Assembly: GCA_003138815.1 (NCBI GenBank)
Contig: PLHD01000021.1
Span: forward strand, 49,316 to 113,315
From: Acidimicrobiaceae bacterium
GTDB lineage: Bacteria; Actinomycetota; Acidimicrobiia; Acidimicrobiales; RAAP-2
Direction: 5' to 3'
Length of the DNA stretch: 64,000 nt
Shown here: piece after piece, positions 46,408 to 57,338 of the stretch
Position numbering within the stretch: the first letter of the stretch is position 1
Layout: each line of letters opens with the position of its first letter
Translations under genes and position numbers: made by a program
The notes under the pieces: model-generated
The model's database searches: none
What the model was told of the DNA's origin: nothing
What the model saw: only the letters and a program-made list of their open reading frames with translations

Positions 46408-47049
46408 CTACTGCGGGTGGAGGCGGTCCTGCTGGCGCTGGGCGAAGAGTGCCGCCTCGGTGCGTCGCTGGAAGCCGAGCTTGGCCAAGAGGTTCGAGAC
46501 GTAGTTCTTCACGGTCTTCTCGGCGAGGAACATCTCAGCGGCGATCTCGCGGTTGCTCAGCCCTTCGCTGAGCAGTTCGAGGATTCGCTGCTCCTGTCCG
46601 CTGAGGCTCTGCAGGCGGATGTCCTCGGCAATCTGGCGGCGCAGGCGCTCGCGCGCCCGTTCGACCTGGTCGCTGGTGAGCAGCATCTCCCCGCTGGCCA
46701 CGCGACGGATCGCGTTGACGAGGTCCTCCCCGCGCACGTTCTTCAGCACGTAGCCCCTCGCTCCCGCGAGGACCGAGGCGCTGATGGCCTCGTTGTCGGG
46801 GAACGACGTGAGCATCAGGCAGGCGAGGTCGCTACGGCGCTCGCGCAGGGTGCGGCAGAGGTCGACGCCGCTGCCGTCGGGCAGGCGCACGTCCAGGACC
46901 GCGACGTCGATCTCGTCGAGATCCACGGCCATAGCCTCTTCGAGCGAGCCGGCCTGGGCCACGACGATGAGGTCGTCGTTGGTCTCGAGGAGCTCGCGGA
47001 TGCCGCGGCGCACGATCTCGTGGTCGTCGACGAGCAGCAGGCGAATCAT
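46408..47049 (-). CDS. DevR/DosR-like NarL/LuxR-family response regulator
   Basis: 213 aa from ATG 47049 (MIRLLLVDDHEIVRRGIRELL). DVAVLDVRLPDGSG receiver; HTH MFLAEKTVKNYVSNLLAKLGFQRRTEAALFA is close to my recollection of M. tuberculosis DevR. The track ORF starts further upstream, at 47109. Confidence 0.85.
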   Translation of the reverse strand: MIRLLLVDDHEIVRRGIRELLETNDDLIVVAQAGSLEEAMAVDLDEIDVAVLDVRLPDGSGVDLCRTLRERRSDLACLMLTSFPDNEAISASVLAGARGYVLKNVRGEDLVNAIRRVASGEMLLTSDQVERARERLRRQIAEDIRLQSLSGQEQRILELLSEGLSNREIAAEMFLAEKTVKNYVSNLLAKLGFQRRTEAALFAQRQQDRLHPQ

Positions 47050-47050
47050 G

Positions 47051-48187
47051 TCAGTCCTGCCAGTGCGCGGTCCATCGCACCATTGTGCCACGGCTAAGCC
47101 CGGAGTCAATCACGCAGGTCCCGCCGAGCTCGCGGGCCCGGGCGTTCAGGTTGCGCAACCCCCGCCCGGGGCCGGCGGTCGAGGTGAAGCCCACGCCGTT
47201 GTCGACCACGGTCATCACCAGCAGGTCGCCCTCGGCGGTGATCTCGACGCGGATGGCGGTGGCCCGGGCGTGGCGGGCGATATTGGAGAGGATCTCGCGC
47301 AGGGACTGGGTCGCGTGGCGAGCGCAGACGTTGCCCACCTTCCGGTTGATCTCGTCGGTAACCCGCAGGTCAACCTTGATGCCGAGTCGCGCGCCGACTT
47401 CCTGAACGAGTGCGCTCGCGCGGCTCAGCAGGCTCACGCCGTCCACCTGCTCCTGATCGATCTCGAAGATAGTGGTGCGAATTTCGCGGATCGTCTCGTC
47501 GAGCTCGTCGATGGCGCTGTTTATGCGGGCCTGGACCTTCTCATTGGACACCATGGGCAGGGTGATCTGCAGGGCCAGACCAACCCCGAACAGGCGTTGG
47601 ATGACGGTGTCGTGCAGATCGCGCGCGAGCCGTTCTCGCTCCTCGCTCAGGGTGAGTTCACGGAGGTGGCTGCGAATGGTGGCCTGGTCGATGATGAGGC
47701 CGGCCGCGCGGCCGAATGACTCGACGAGTATCTGGTCCTCTTCGCTGAAGGGCTCGCCGTTGAGCCGGTCGGTCAGGTAGAGGTTGCCGAAGACGTGGTC
47801 GTCACCGGTCTTCACCGGCACGCCGAGGAAGCTCTTCATGACCGGGTGGTTCGCCGGGAAGCCCGACGACGACTCGTGCGTGGACAGGTCGTCGACGCGA
47901 AGCGCGTGGGCGTTGGCGATTATCTCGCCGAGCAGCCCCTCACCGAGCGGGGCCTGGCCGATTCTCGTGCGCGTCGTCTCGTCGATGCCGTAGGTGATGA
48001 ACTGCGAAAGGCTCTTGCCATTACTCGAGACCACGCCCATCGCGCCGTAGCGCGCTCCCACGAGTTGGGTGGCCGCCTTGACGATGGCCTGGAGGAGGTC
48101 GTGCAGGTTCGCGTCGCTCTCGATGAGCAGGATCGCGTCGATGAGCTCGTGGAGTCGTTCGGGATTGTAGATCCGGTGGAACGCCAT
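47051..48187 (-). CDS. DevS/DosT-like heme-type GAF sensor histidine kinase (single GAF)
   Basis: 378-aa ORF with one GAF domain (ARYGAMGVV..GFPANHPVMKSFLGVPV..GNLYLTD), followed directly by HisKA_3 (RLARDLHDTVIQRLF) and HATPase_c. Confidence 0.85.
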   Translation of the reverse strand: MAFHRIYNPERLHELIDAILLIESDANLHDLLQAIVKAATQLVGARYGAMGVVSSNGKSLSQFITYGIDETTRTRIGQAPLGEGLLGEIIANAHALRVDDLSTHESSSGFPANHPVMKSFLGVPVKTGDDHVFGNLYLTDRLNGEPFSEEDQILVESFGRAAGLIIDQATIRSHLRELTLSEERERLARDLHDTVIQRLFGVGLALQITLPMVSNEKVQARINSAIDELDETIREIRTTIFEIDQEQVDGVSLLSRASALVQEVGARLGIKVDLRVTDEINRKVGNVCARHATQSLREILSNIARHARATAIRVEITAEGDLLVMTVVDNGVGFTSTAGPGRGLRNLNARARELGGTCVIDSGLSRGTMVRWTAHWQD

Positions 48188-48230
48188 TCCTAAAACACTC
48201 CCACATCCCCCAGGCCCCGTATCGGTCGGC

Positions 48231-48653
48231 CTACTCGATGCGTTCGCCGACCACCACCGAGAGCGGCAGCGAGATCAGCGCGGCCCCCCGCTCGACGGCC
48301 TTGCGCAGCGGGGTCGAGAGCTGCTCCTGCCCGGGGGAGAGCGCGGCCAGGCCCGAGGCCATGACCGACCAGGTCGCCCCGTCGGGTTCGAGCCCGTCAA
48401 TCTCTACCGACAGCACGTCACCCCGGCGCGCGGCCAGGATGACGGACTCTTCGGAGCTGGCCAACAGGAGGTGGTCGTCGTCGATGACTGCAATCCGAGC
48501 TGGGAGGGCGGCGGGCAGGCACCGAACGGAGATGACCACCCTGGCGAGATCGGTGCTATTGAGCAGATTCACGCATGTGTCGCGCGTTAGCGTTGCCCGG
48601 TGCTCTGAGTCCCCCTGTTGGGTCATGACAGAAGCATGTACCCTATTCCCCAT
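48231..48653 (-). CDS. pyridoxamine 5'-phosphate oxidase-like (Pyridox_ox_2 type) flavin-binding protein
   Basis: 140-aa ORF (alternative ATG at 48626). The pattern [38 protein letters not shown] resembles the PF12900-type split-barrel family; family call from motif memory only. Confidence 0.6.
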   Translation of the reverse strand: MGNRVHASVMTQQGDSEHRATLTRDTCVNLLNSTDLARVVISVRCLPAALPARIAVIDDDHLLLASSEESVILAARRGDVLSVEIDGLEPDGATWSVMASGLAALSPGQEQLSTPLRKAVERGAALISLPLSVVVGERIE

Positions 48654-48734
48654 GACTTCCTAGGGTCTCCGGTCACATTTTGCCCATTTTGCTCCGCCGA
48701 ATGGGCTTCCGGCGGCCCCGGCGGTACCCGGCTT

Positions 48735-48762
48735 TTGCGTTCTGGCCAAAATTCGGTAGAAT
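48735..48762 (+). promoter_or_regulatory. candidate infA promoter
   Basis: TTGCGT-16 nt-TAGAAT. Confidence 0.45.
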
Positions 48763-48854
48763 GGTCAGCCGACCTGTTGGAAACCCGACAGGTCCATCCG
48801 TGGGGGAGTTTTTGCTCCACCACGCCCCGCAGTGCCGTAACAAGGAGAAAGAAC

Positions 48855-49079
48855 CTGAGCAAGCCAAAGGAAGACGCGTTCACCGTCGAGGGTACCGTCG
48901 TCGAGCCCCTGCCGAACGCCATGTTCCGCGTGGAGTTGGAGAACGGTTACACCGTGCTCGCCCACAGCTCGGGCAAGATGCGCATGCACCGCATACGCAT
49001 CCTGCCGGGCGACAAGGTCCAGGTAGAGATCACGCCGTACGACATGACCCGCGGTCGCATCACCTACCGCTACAAGTAA
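48855..49079 (+). CDS. infA: translation initiation factor IF-1, apparent CTG start
   Basis: (L/M)[39 protein letters not shown], 74 codons. AAGGAG (48842-48847) lies 7 nt before CTG 48855; there is no ATG/GTG/TTG in frame between the promoter region and the conserved core except TTG 48777. Confidence 0.8.
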   Translation: MSKPKEDAFTVEGTVVEPLPNAMFRVELENGYTVLAHSSGKMRMHRIRILPGDKVQVEITPYDMTRGRITYRYK

Positions 49080-49112
49080 CTCAAGTTCGTCCAAAGTCGA
49101 GAAGGAAGAAAA

Positions 49113-49226
49113 ATGAAGGTTCGCGCCAGCGTCAAGCCAATGTGTGAGAAGTGCAAGGTCATCCGCAGGTCGGGTCACGTCCGCGTGATCTGTGAACAAC
49201 CGCGGCACAAGCAGCGCCAGGGCTAG
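49113..49226 (+). CDS. rpmJ: 50S ribosomal protein L36 (zinc form)
   Basis: 37 aa, below the track cutoff: [37 protein letters not shown]. Confidence 0.93.
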   Translation: MKVRASVKPMCEKCKVIRRSGHVRVICEQPRHKQRQG

Positions 49227-49238
49227 GAGAGGAAGAAT

Positions 49239-49616
49239 ATGGCCCGTATTGCCGGAGTAGACATCCCACGCGAAAAGCGAACGGTGATCGCACTCACGTA
49301 CATCTTTGGAGTCGGACCTACGACCGCGCAGCAGATCTGCGCGGCGACCGAGGTCGACGAGTCGATCCGCGTCAAGGACCTCTCCGACGCCGACGTCAAC
49401 AAGATCCGCGCCTACATCGACCAGAACCTCACGGTCGAGGGTGACCGCCGTCGCGACGTGGCCCAGGACATCAAGCGCAAGATGGAGATCAACTGCCTCC
49501 AGGGAATCCGTCACCGCAAGGGCCTGCCCGTACGCGGCCAGCGAACCCGTACCAATGCTCGCACCCGCAAGGGTCCAAAGCGCACTGTCGCCGGTAAGAA
49601 GAAGGTAACGAAGTAA
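49239..49616 (+). CDS. rpsM: 30S ribosomal protein S13
   Basis: [26 protein letters not shown]. Confidence 0.97.
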   Translation: MARIAGVDIPREKRTVIALTYIFGVGPTTAQQICAATEVDESIRVKDLSDADVNKIRAYIDQNLTVEGDRRRDVAQDIKRKMEINCLQGIRHRKGLPVRGQRTRTNARTRKGPKRTVAGKKKVTK

Positions 49617-50011
49617 TGGCCAAGCCAACCACCGCCCGCAAGGGCCGTCGCAAGGAACGCAAGAACATCGCCTTCGGTGTCGCGCACATCAAGAGTTCGT
49701 TCAACAACACGATCGTGTCGATCAGCGACCCCGAGGGCAACGTCATCGCGTGGGCCTCTTCGGGCAACGTGGGGTTCAAGGGATCGCGCAAGTCGACCCC
49801 CTTCGCCGCCCAGCTGGCCGCCGAGAAGTGCGCCCGAGCGGCGATGGAGCACGGCGTCAAGAAGGTCGACGTGCTCGTGCGCGGCCCCGGGTCGGGTCGC
49901 GAGACCGCGATCCGCTCGCTCGCCGCGGCCGGCATCGAAGTCGTTGCCATCAAGGACGTCACCCCGCTACCCCACAACGGCTGTCGCCCCAAGAAGCGTC
50001 GTCGAGGCTAA
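49616..50011 (+). CDS. rpsK: 30S ribosomal protein S11
   Basis: [30 protein letters not shown]; [15 protein letters not shown]. Confidence 0.97.
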   Translation: MAKPTTARKGRRKERKNIAFGVAHIKSSFNNTIVSISDPEGNVIAWASSGNVGFKGSRKSTPFAAQLAAEKCARAAMEHGVKKVDVLVRGPGSGRETAIRSLAAAGIEVVAIKDVTPLPHNGCRPKKRRRG

Positions 50012-50019
50012 GGAAAGAA

Positions 50020-50664
50020 ATGGCTCGTTATACCGGACCCGTTTGCCGACTCTGTCGTCGCGAGCGCACCAAGTTGTACCTGAAGGGTGAGCGTTGCTTC
50101 ACCATGAAGTGCCCCGTCGCCGAGAACTCGGACCGCCAGACCCGCGCCTTCCCGCCGGGCATGCACGGCCGCGACCGTCAGCGCCAGGGTTCTGAGTACC
50201 TGACCCAGCTTCGAGAGAAGCAGAAGACCCGTCGTATCTACGGGATCTTGGAGAAGCAGTTCCGCAACCTCTACGAAGAGGCCAACCGTCGCCCCGGCAT
50301 CACGGGCACGAACCTGCTCCAGTTCCTCGAGCTGCGCCTCGACAACGTCGCGTACCGCGCCGGCTGGGGGGCTTCGCGCTCCCAGGCCCGCCAGTTCGTG
50401 CGCCACGGCCACGTCACCGTGAACGGCAAGCGCGTCACGATCCCCTCGTACCGCGTTCGTCCCGGCGAAGTCGTGGCCCTGAAGAACGTGACCCGCGAGA
50501 ACTTCAACGTCAAGCGCAACCTTGACGTCTTGGACCGCACTGTCCCGGGCTGGCTCGAGATCGGCGAGAACAGATTCTCCGTGACCGTGCGCGTCGTGCC
50601 CCAGCGTGAGCAGATCGACGAATCGATCAGAGAGCAGCTCATCGTCGAGCTGTACTCCAAGTAA
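50020..50664 (+). CDS. rpsD: 30S ribosomal protein S4 (zinc-finger type)
   Basis: MARYTGPVCRLCRRERTKLYLKGERCFTMKCP. Trimmed from track ORF 49750. Confidence 0.96.
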   Translation: MARYTGPVCRLCRRERTKLYLKGERCFTMKCPVAENSDRQTRAFPPGMHGRDRQRQGSEYLTQLREKQKTRRIYGILEKQFRNLYEEANRRPGITGTNLLQFLELRLDNVAYRAGWGASRSQARQFVRHGHVTVNGKRVTIPSYRVRPGEVVALKNVTRENFNVKRNLDVLDRTVPGWLEIGENRFSVTVRVVPQREQIDESIREQLIVELYSK

Positions 50665-50693
50665 CCCAAAACTCAAAGACTTAAGGAGTCCCC

Positions 50694-51635
50694 ATGTTGA
50701 TTATCCAACGACCCACCATCGAGGCGCTCGGCGACGAGCTCAACAACCGCCAGACCTTCGGCATCGGACCGCTCGACCCGGGCTTCGGTCACACGCTGGG
50801 CAACTCGCTTCGTCGCACGCTGCTCTCGTCGATTCCCGGTGCCGCGGCGACGCGCGTGAAGTTCGACGCCGTACTCCACGAGTTCGGTGTCATCGAGGGC
50901 GTCAAGGAAGACGTGCAGGACATCTGCCTGAACCTGAAGGACCTGCTGCTCATCGTCCACTCCGACGAGCCGGTCATGCTTCGCCTCGACAAGCGCAGCG
51001 AAGGCCCCGTCACGGCGGCGGACCTGTCGACGACGGCCGACGTGGAAATCCTGAATCCCGACCTGCACCTGGCGTACCTGACCAACTCCAAGAGCAACCT
51101 CAGCTTCGAGCTGACCGTGGAGCGCGGCAAGGGCTACGTCGGCGCCGAAGGAAACAAGGGTTCCTCGACCATCGGTGTCATCCCGCTCGACGCCATCTTC
51201 ACCCCCGTGCGCCGGGTCAGCTTCGAGATCGAGCCGGTCCGCGTCGAGCAGTCCAAGGACTTCGACCGCCTGGTGATCGAGATCGAGACCGATGGTTCGA
51301 TCAGCCCCCGGGAGGCCCTCGCCTCGGCCGGCAAGACGCTCGGCGCGCTGGTTGGCCTGATCGGCAGCTTCGACGAGGAGGCTCCGGCCCTGGAGCTCGG
51401 CGACGTCGGCTCGGCCCAAGCCGCCGCCAGCGAGCTCGACATCCGCATCGAAGAGCTCGGCCTGACCGAGCGCTCGCGCAACTGCCTGAAGCGCGCCGGC
51501 ATCAACACCATCGCCCAGCTCGTCAACGCGACCGAGCGCGACCTGACGTCGATCACCAACTTCGGCGCCACGTCGCTGAAGGACGTCAACGACCGCCTCG
51601 AAGAGCGCGGCCTCTCACTGCGAATCGAGGACTAA
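50694..51635 (+). CDS. rpoA: DNA-directed RNA polymerase subunit alpha
   Basis: 313-aa ORF; GPLDPGFGHTLGNSLRRTLLSSIPGAA; C-terminal domain LGLTERSRNCLKRAGINTIAQL. Confidence 0.97.
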   Translation: MLIIQRPTIEALGDELNNRQTFGIGPLDPGFGHTLGNSLRRTLLSSIPGAAATRVKFDAVLHEFGVIEGVKEDVQDICLNLKDLLLIVHSDEPVMLRLDKRSEGPVTAADLSTTADVEILNPDLHLAYLTNSKSNLSFELTVERGKGYVGAEGNKGSSTIGVIPLDAIFTPVRRVSFEIEPVRVEQSKDFDRLVIEIETDGSISPREALASAGKTLGALVGLIGSFDEEAPALELGDVGSAQAAASELDIRIEELGLTERSRNCLKRAGINTIAQLVNATERDLTSITNFGATSLKDVNDRLEERGLSLRIED

Positions 51636-51637
51636 GC

Positions 51638-52000
51638 ATGCGCGGAACTCCTACCAAGGGCAAGCGTTTCGGCGGCAGCAGCGCACACCAGAAGGCGATG
51701 ATGGGCAACCTCGTCGCCTCCATGATCGCCGCCGAGTCGATCGTTACCACCGAGGCCAAGGCCAAGGCGCTGCGTCCGATCGTCGAGAAGGTCGTGACGG
51801 CGGCGAAGAACTCTCCCGAGGGTTCGGTGCACGCCCAGCGCCGCGTCGTCGCGTTCATCCGCGACAAGGACATGACGCACAAGCTCTTCACCGAGATCGC
51901 TCCTCGCTACACCGAGCGCCCGGGCGGCTACACGCGCATCTTGAAGCTCGGGCCGCGTCAGGGCGACAACGCCCCGATGGCGCGCATTGAGTTCGTCTGA
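51638..52000 (+). CDS. rplQ: 50S ribosomal protein L17
   Basis: MRGTPTKGKRFGGSSAHQKAMMGNLVASMI; RPGGYTRILKLGPRQGDNAPMARIEFV. Trimmed from track ORF 50606. Confidence 0.96.
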   Translation: MRGTPTKGKRFGGSSAHQKAMMGNLVASMIAAESIVTTEAKAKALRPIVEKVVTAAKNSPEGSVHAQRRVVAFIRDKDMTHKLFTEIAPRYTERPGGYTRILKLGPRQGDNAPMARIEFV

Positions 52001-52856
52001 TCCTGCACCAGGCGCCACCCAAAGGTGGCGGCTGGACCTTGCCTATGACGGCAACGGCCTGAGCGGCTTCGCCTATCAACCGGAGTTCGTCACCGTCGTC
52101 GGACTGCTGCGCGAGACGCTCGCGCGCACCCTGCGCCTCAGCGAAGAGCCGCTCATCGTGGGCGCCGGGCGCACTGACGCCGGAGTGCACGCCTTCGCCC
52201 AGGTGGTCCACGTCGACCTTCCGAACACGTTCTTCCCGAACGACCGGGGCCCGGAGATGGACCGACTGCTCAACTCGCTCAACAAGCAGCTCAGGGGTCG
52301 GATCAAGGTCCTCAAGGCCCAGCCGGTCGGCGACGATTTCGACGCCCGCTATTCGGCGACGTGGCGCGAGTACCGCTACCTGGTCCTCGAGTCGACGCCG
52401 CCGGCACTCAGCCTCACCGCGGCCTGGTCGTGGTCGGTCAAGGGACCGCTCGACGTCGAGGCCATGAATCGGGCGAGTGCCGACATCATCGGTGCCCACG
52501 ATTTCCGGGCGTTCTGTCGACGCCCAACGAACGCCGCGCCCGAGCAGCCCCTGGTGCGCAGGATCATCTCGGCGCGCTGGGACCGAGTCTCGGACGAATG
52601 GGGCATGGCCCCGGGGGGAGCGCCCGCCGTGCGCTTTGTCATCAGGGGTCAGTCGTTCTGCCACAACCTCGTTCGCTGCCTCGTGTCGACCATGGTCGCC
52701 ATCGGACACGGTGACCTGTCCGAAAACACCGTGAGAGGCCGCCTGGAGAGCCTAGAACGGGATCATTTGCCCGCACCGGCGCCCGCGGGTGGTCTGAGCC
52801 TCATTGGAGTCGGATACGACGAATTTGCCGGCGGGCCCTCAGGTTTTGTAAGGTAG
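51987..52856 (+). CDS. truA: tRNA pseudouridine(38-40) synthase TruA
   Basis: 289-aa ORF with TTG start overlapping rplQ by 14 nt; LAYDGNGLSGFAYQ and catalytic GAGRTDAGVHA. Confidence 0.9.
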   Translation: MSSSDPAPGATQRWRLDLAYDGNGLSGFAYQPEFVTVVGLLRETLARTLRLSEEPLIVGAGRTDAGVHAFAQVVHVDLPNTFFPNDRGPEMDRLLNSLNKQLRGRIKVLKAQPVGDDFDARYSATWREYRYLVLESTPPALSLTAAWSWSVKGPLDVEAMNRASADIIGAHDFRAFCRRPTNAAPEQPLVRRIISARWDRVSDEWGMAPGGAPAVRFVIRGQSFCHNLVRCLVSTMVAIGHGDLSENTVRGRLESLERDHLPAPAPAGGLSLIGVGYDEFAGGPSGFVR

Positions 52857-52914
52857 AGAGTCCCTTAGTAGTCCCATCGCGGTGACTGTCCTAAAGATCG
52901 CTGAAGGAAGAATT

Positions 52915-53361
52915 GTGCGTACCTATACACCAAAGGCCAATGACATCACGCGTGAGTGGCTCGTCATCGACGCCGAGGGCCTGGTGCTCGGGCGCGTCGC
53001 GACGGTTGCCGCCACGTTGCTGCGCGGCAAGCACCGCACCTTCTTCGCGCCACACCTCGACGTGGGCGACAACGTCATCATCGTCAACGCGGACAAGATC
53101 GTCGTGACGGCCAACAAGGCCGCTCAGAACTTCGCCTACCACCACTCGGGCTACCCGGGCGGCCTGCGCGCGACGTCGTGGAAGACGCTGCTCGAGAACG
53201 ACCCCGCGAAGCTCGTCTTCGACGCGGTCAGGGGCATGGTCCCGAAGAACCGCCTGGGCCGCGCCCAGATGGACAAGCTCTTCGTCTACGCCGGTCCCGA
53301 ACACCCCCACGCAGCACAGCAGCCTACGAAGTACGACACCTCGGCAATCCGCCGCGGTTAA
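52915..53361 (+). CDS. rplM: 50S ribosomal protein L13
   Basis: GTG 52915 after GAAGGAAG gives [22 protein letters not shown], the canonical uL13 N-terminus. The track start at 52882 would add 11 aa. Confidence 0.93.
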   Translation: MRTYTPKANDITREWLVIDAEGLVLGRVATVAATLLRGKHRTFFAPHLDVGDNVIIVNADKIVVTANKAAQNFAYHHSGYPGGLRATSWKTLLENDPAKLVFDAVRGMVPKNRLGRAQMDKLFVYAGPEHPHAAQQPTKYDTSAIRRG

Positions 53362-53375
53362 GAGGAGAACAGTCC

Positions 53376-53768
53376 GTGTCATCACCGCTCACTCAAACAA
53401 CCGGTCGCCGCAAGGAAGCCGTGGCTCGCGTTCGTCTCCGTCCCGGTACCGGCACGATCACCATCAACTCTCGCGCCTTCGACAACTACTTCACGTCGGC
53501 GACCCATCGCCAGATGGTGATGGAGCCGCTTCGCCTGATTGACGCGCAGCAGACCTACGACATCGACGCCACCATCGAGGGCGGCGGCGTGGCCGGACAG
53601 GCCGGCGCCCTGCGCCTGGGCATCTCGCGCTCGCTGCTCGAGATCGACGAGAACGTCCGCCCGGCGCTCAAGAAGGCCGGGCTCCTGACTCGTGACTCGC
53701 GCAAGAAGGAGACCAAGAAGTACGGTCTCAAGAAGGCGCGCAAGGCTCCTCAGTACTCGAAGCGTTAA
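53376..53768 (+). CDS. rpsI: 30S ribosomal protein S9
   Basis: GTG start after GAGGAG; [23 protein letters not shown]; C-terminal [12 protein letters not shown]. Confidence 0.95.
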   Translation: MSSPLTQTTGRRKEAVARVRLRPGTGTITINSRAFDNYFTSATHRQMVMEPLRLIDAQQTYDIDATIEGGGVAGQAGALRLGISRSLLEIDENVRPALKKAGLLTRDSRKKETKKYGLKKARKAPQYSKR

Positions 53769-55069
53769 TGTCCATGGCCGTGCGCTTCGGCACGGATGGT
53801 ATCCGCGGGCGGGTTCCCGACGAGATCACCATCGACGTGGCCTACCGCCTGGGCCGGGCCGTCGCGAGCGTTTTCGATGCTCCGGTCTTCGTCGGCTACG
53901 ACACGCGTGAAAGCTCGCCCCAGCTCGCGGCGGCGGTCCTGGCGGGACTGGCGGACGGGGGGGCGCACGGGACTAATCTCGGATACTTCACCACGCCCGG
54001 CGTCGCGGTGATCGCCAAGCAGCGCGGTGGCGTCGGCGTGGTGGTGTCGGCGTCGCATAACCCCTACCTCGACAACGGGCTGAAGGTCCTCGGACCCGGT
54101 GGCGGCAAGCTGGACCACGCCACGGAGGAAGCGGTTGCCCGTGCGCTCAATGACGCGCAGCAGGCCCCCGCGGAGTCGTTCGAGGAGCCGGCCGTCGACG
54201 AGACGGCCGAGCACGACTACGCTGCGCACCTGCGTGAGCTCGTGCCTGGCGACTTCTCGTCGCTGCACCTGGTGCTCGACTGTGCCAACGGCGCCGCGTC
54301 GCACGTGGCCCAGGAGCTCTTCGCCGCGACTGGCGCGCGCCTCACGATGATGCACAACACCCCCAACGGACGCAATATCAACGAGAACTGTGGATCGACC
54401 CACGTCGACGACATCGTGGCCAAGGTCCTCGAACTCGGTGCCGACCTCGGCCTCGCCTTCGACGGCGACGCCGACCGCCTCATTGCCGTGGACGGCGAGG
54501 GAGCCGTCCGTGACGGCGACGACCTCATGACGCTCTTCGCACTGGACTTCGCGTCGCGCGACATGCTCGGCGGCGGGCTGGTGATCACGTCGATGAGCAA
54601 TCTCGGCCTGCGCCGGGCGCTTTCGGGCGCGAACGTCGACATCGTCGAGACCGACGTGGGTGACCGCAACGTGCTGCTGGCCCTGGAGGAGAAGGCGTGG
54701 CGCTTCGGCGGCGAGCAGTCGGGCCACCTGATCTTCCGCGAGCTCAGCCCGACGGGCGACGGGCTCTTGACTGGGCTGCTGCTCTGCGATCTCGTCATGC
54801 GCGGCGGCCCCCTGGCCGACCAGGCGTCGGCGGCGTGGTCACGCGTCCCCCAGGCCATCATCAACGTGGCGCGCGACCGCTACGACGACGCGGGCGTGCA
54901 CCGAGTGTTCGACGAGCTGCGCGAGCGCTTCGCAGTCAGCGACTCCGACGTGCGACTCCTGATTCGTCCCTCGGGGACCGAACCGGTGATTCGCGTCATG
55001 GTCGAGGCACTCGACGGGGCGTTCGTCGACGAGTTCATCCGACGGCTGGCGAGCCTGTTCAACGTCTAG
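53768..55069 (+). CDS. glmM: phosphoglucosamine mutase
   Basis: 433-aa ORF; FGTDGIRG and active-site SASHNPYLDNG. Confidence 0.95.
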   Translation: MSMAVRFGTDGIRGRVPDEITIDVAYRLGRAVASVFDAPVFVGYDTRESSPQLAAAVLAGLADGGAHGTNLGYFTTPGVAVIAKQRGGVGVVVSASHNPYLDNGLKVLGPGGGKLDHATEEAVARALNDAQQAPAESFEEPAVDETAEHDYAAHLRELVPGDFSSLHLVLDCANGAASHVAQELFAATGARLTMMHNTPNGRNINENCGSTHVDDIVAKVLELGADLGLAFDGDADRLIAVDGEGAVRDGDDLMTLFALDFASRDMLGGGLVITSMSNLGLRRALSGANVDIVETDVGDRNVLLALEEKAWRFGGEQSGHLIFRELSPTGDGLLTGLLLCDLVMRGGPLADQASAAWSRVPQAIINVARDRYDDAGVHRVFDELRERFAVSDSDVRLLIRPSGTEPVIRVMVEALDGAFVDEFIRRLASLFNV

Positions 55070-55110
55070 GGCCTCTCGAGCGGCGGAATGGCTGCGAGTA
55101 GGCTGGCGTC

Positions 55111-56951
<1,841 letters not shown>

Positions 56952-56952
<1 letters not shown>

Positions 56953-57338
56953 TGGCGACCGTCGGCGTCGGTGTCGATGTCGTCGACGTGGCCCGGTTCA
57001 CCCTGGCCCTGCAGCGCCGCCCCGCCCTGGCCGAGCGCCTCTTCACCGAGCGCGAGCGCAGCGACGCCCACGTTCGCCCCGAGCGACTGGCGGCCCGCTT
57101 CGCGGCGAAGGAAGCGGTGCTGAAGACCATGGGCGTCGGCATCGGTGCCGTACCCTGGAAGTCCATCGAAATCCGCCGCGCCCCGAGCGGCGCCCCGAGC
57201 GTGACGCTGCACGGCCCGGCGGCGGCGCTGGCCGCACGCCGCGGCGTCGATGAGATGCACGTCTCGATGACCCACACCTCGCTGACGGCGGCGGCGATCG
57301 TGGTCGGGAGTTCGAGCGAGCGCCGCGATGCCGGTTGA
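56952..57338 (+). CDS. acpS: holo-[acyl-carrier-protein] synthase
   Basis: 128-aa ORF with GTG start; GVDVVDVARF and AARFAAKEAVLKTMG. Confidence 0.88.

Noticed and set aside
48660-48676. Second DosR-like site upstream of the PNPOx-like gene (TAGGGTCTCCGGTCAC)
   Set aside because: It has only about 9/14 core matches, one CCC core is lost and the spacing is wrong. This is too weak to call.
48777-48854. N-terminally extended IF-1 starting at in-frame TTG 48777
   Set aside because: It has no Shine-Dalgarno, lies about 9 nt from the predicted transcription start, and has low GC3. The extension contains both leader hairpins and has no counterpart in known IF-1 proteins.
55070-55110. glmS ribozyme upstream of glmS
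   Set aside because: Only 41 nt separate glmM and glmS, too short for the ribozyme, and no conserved core is visible.
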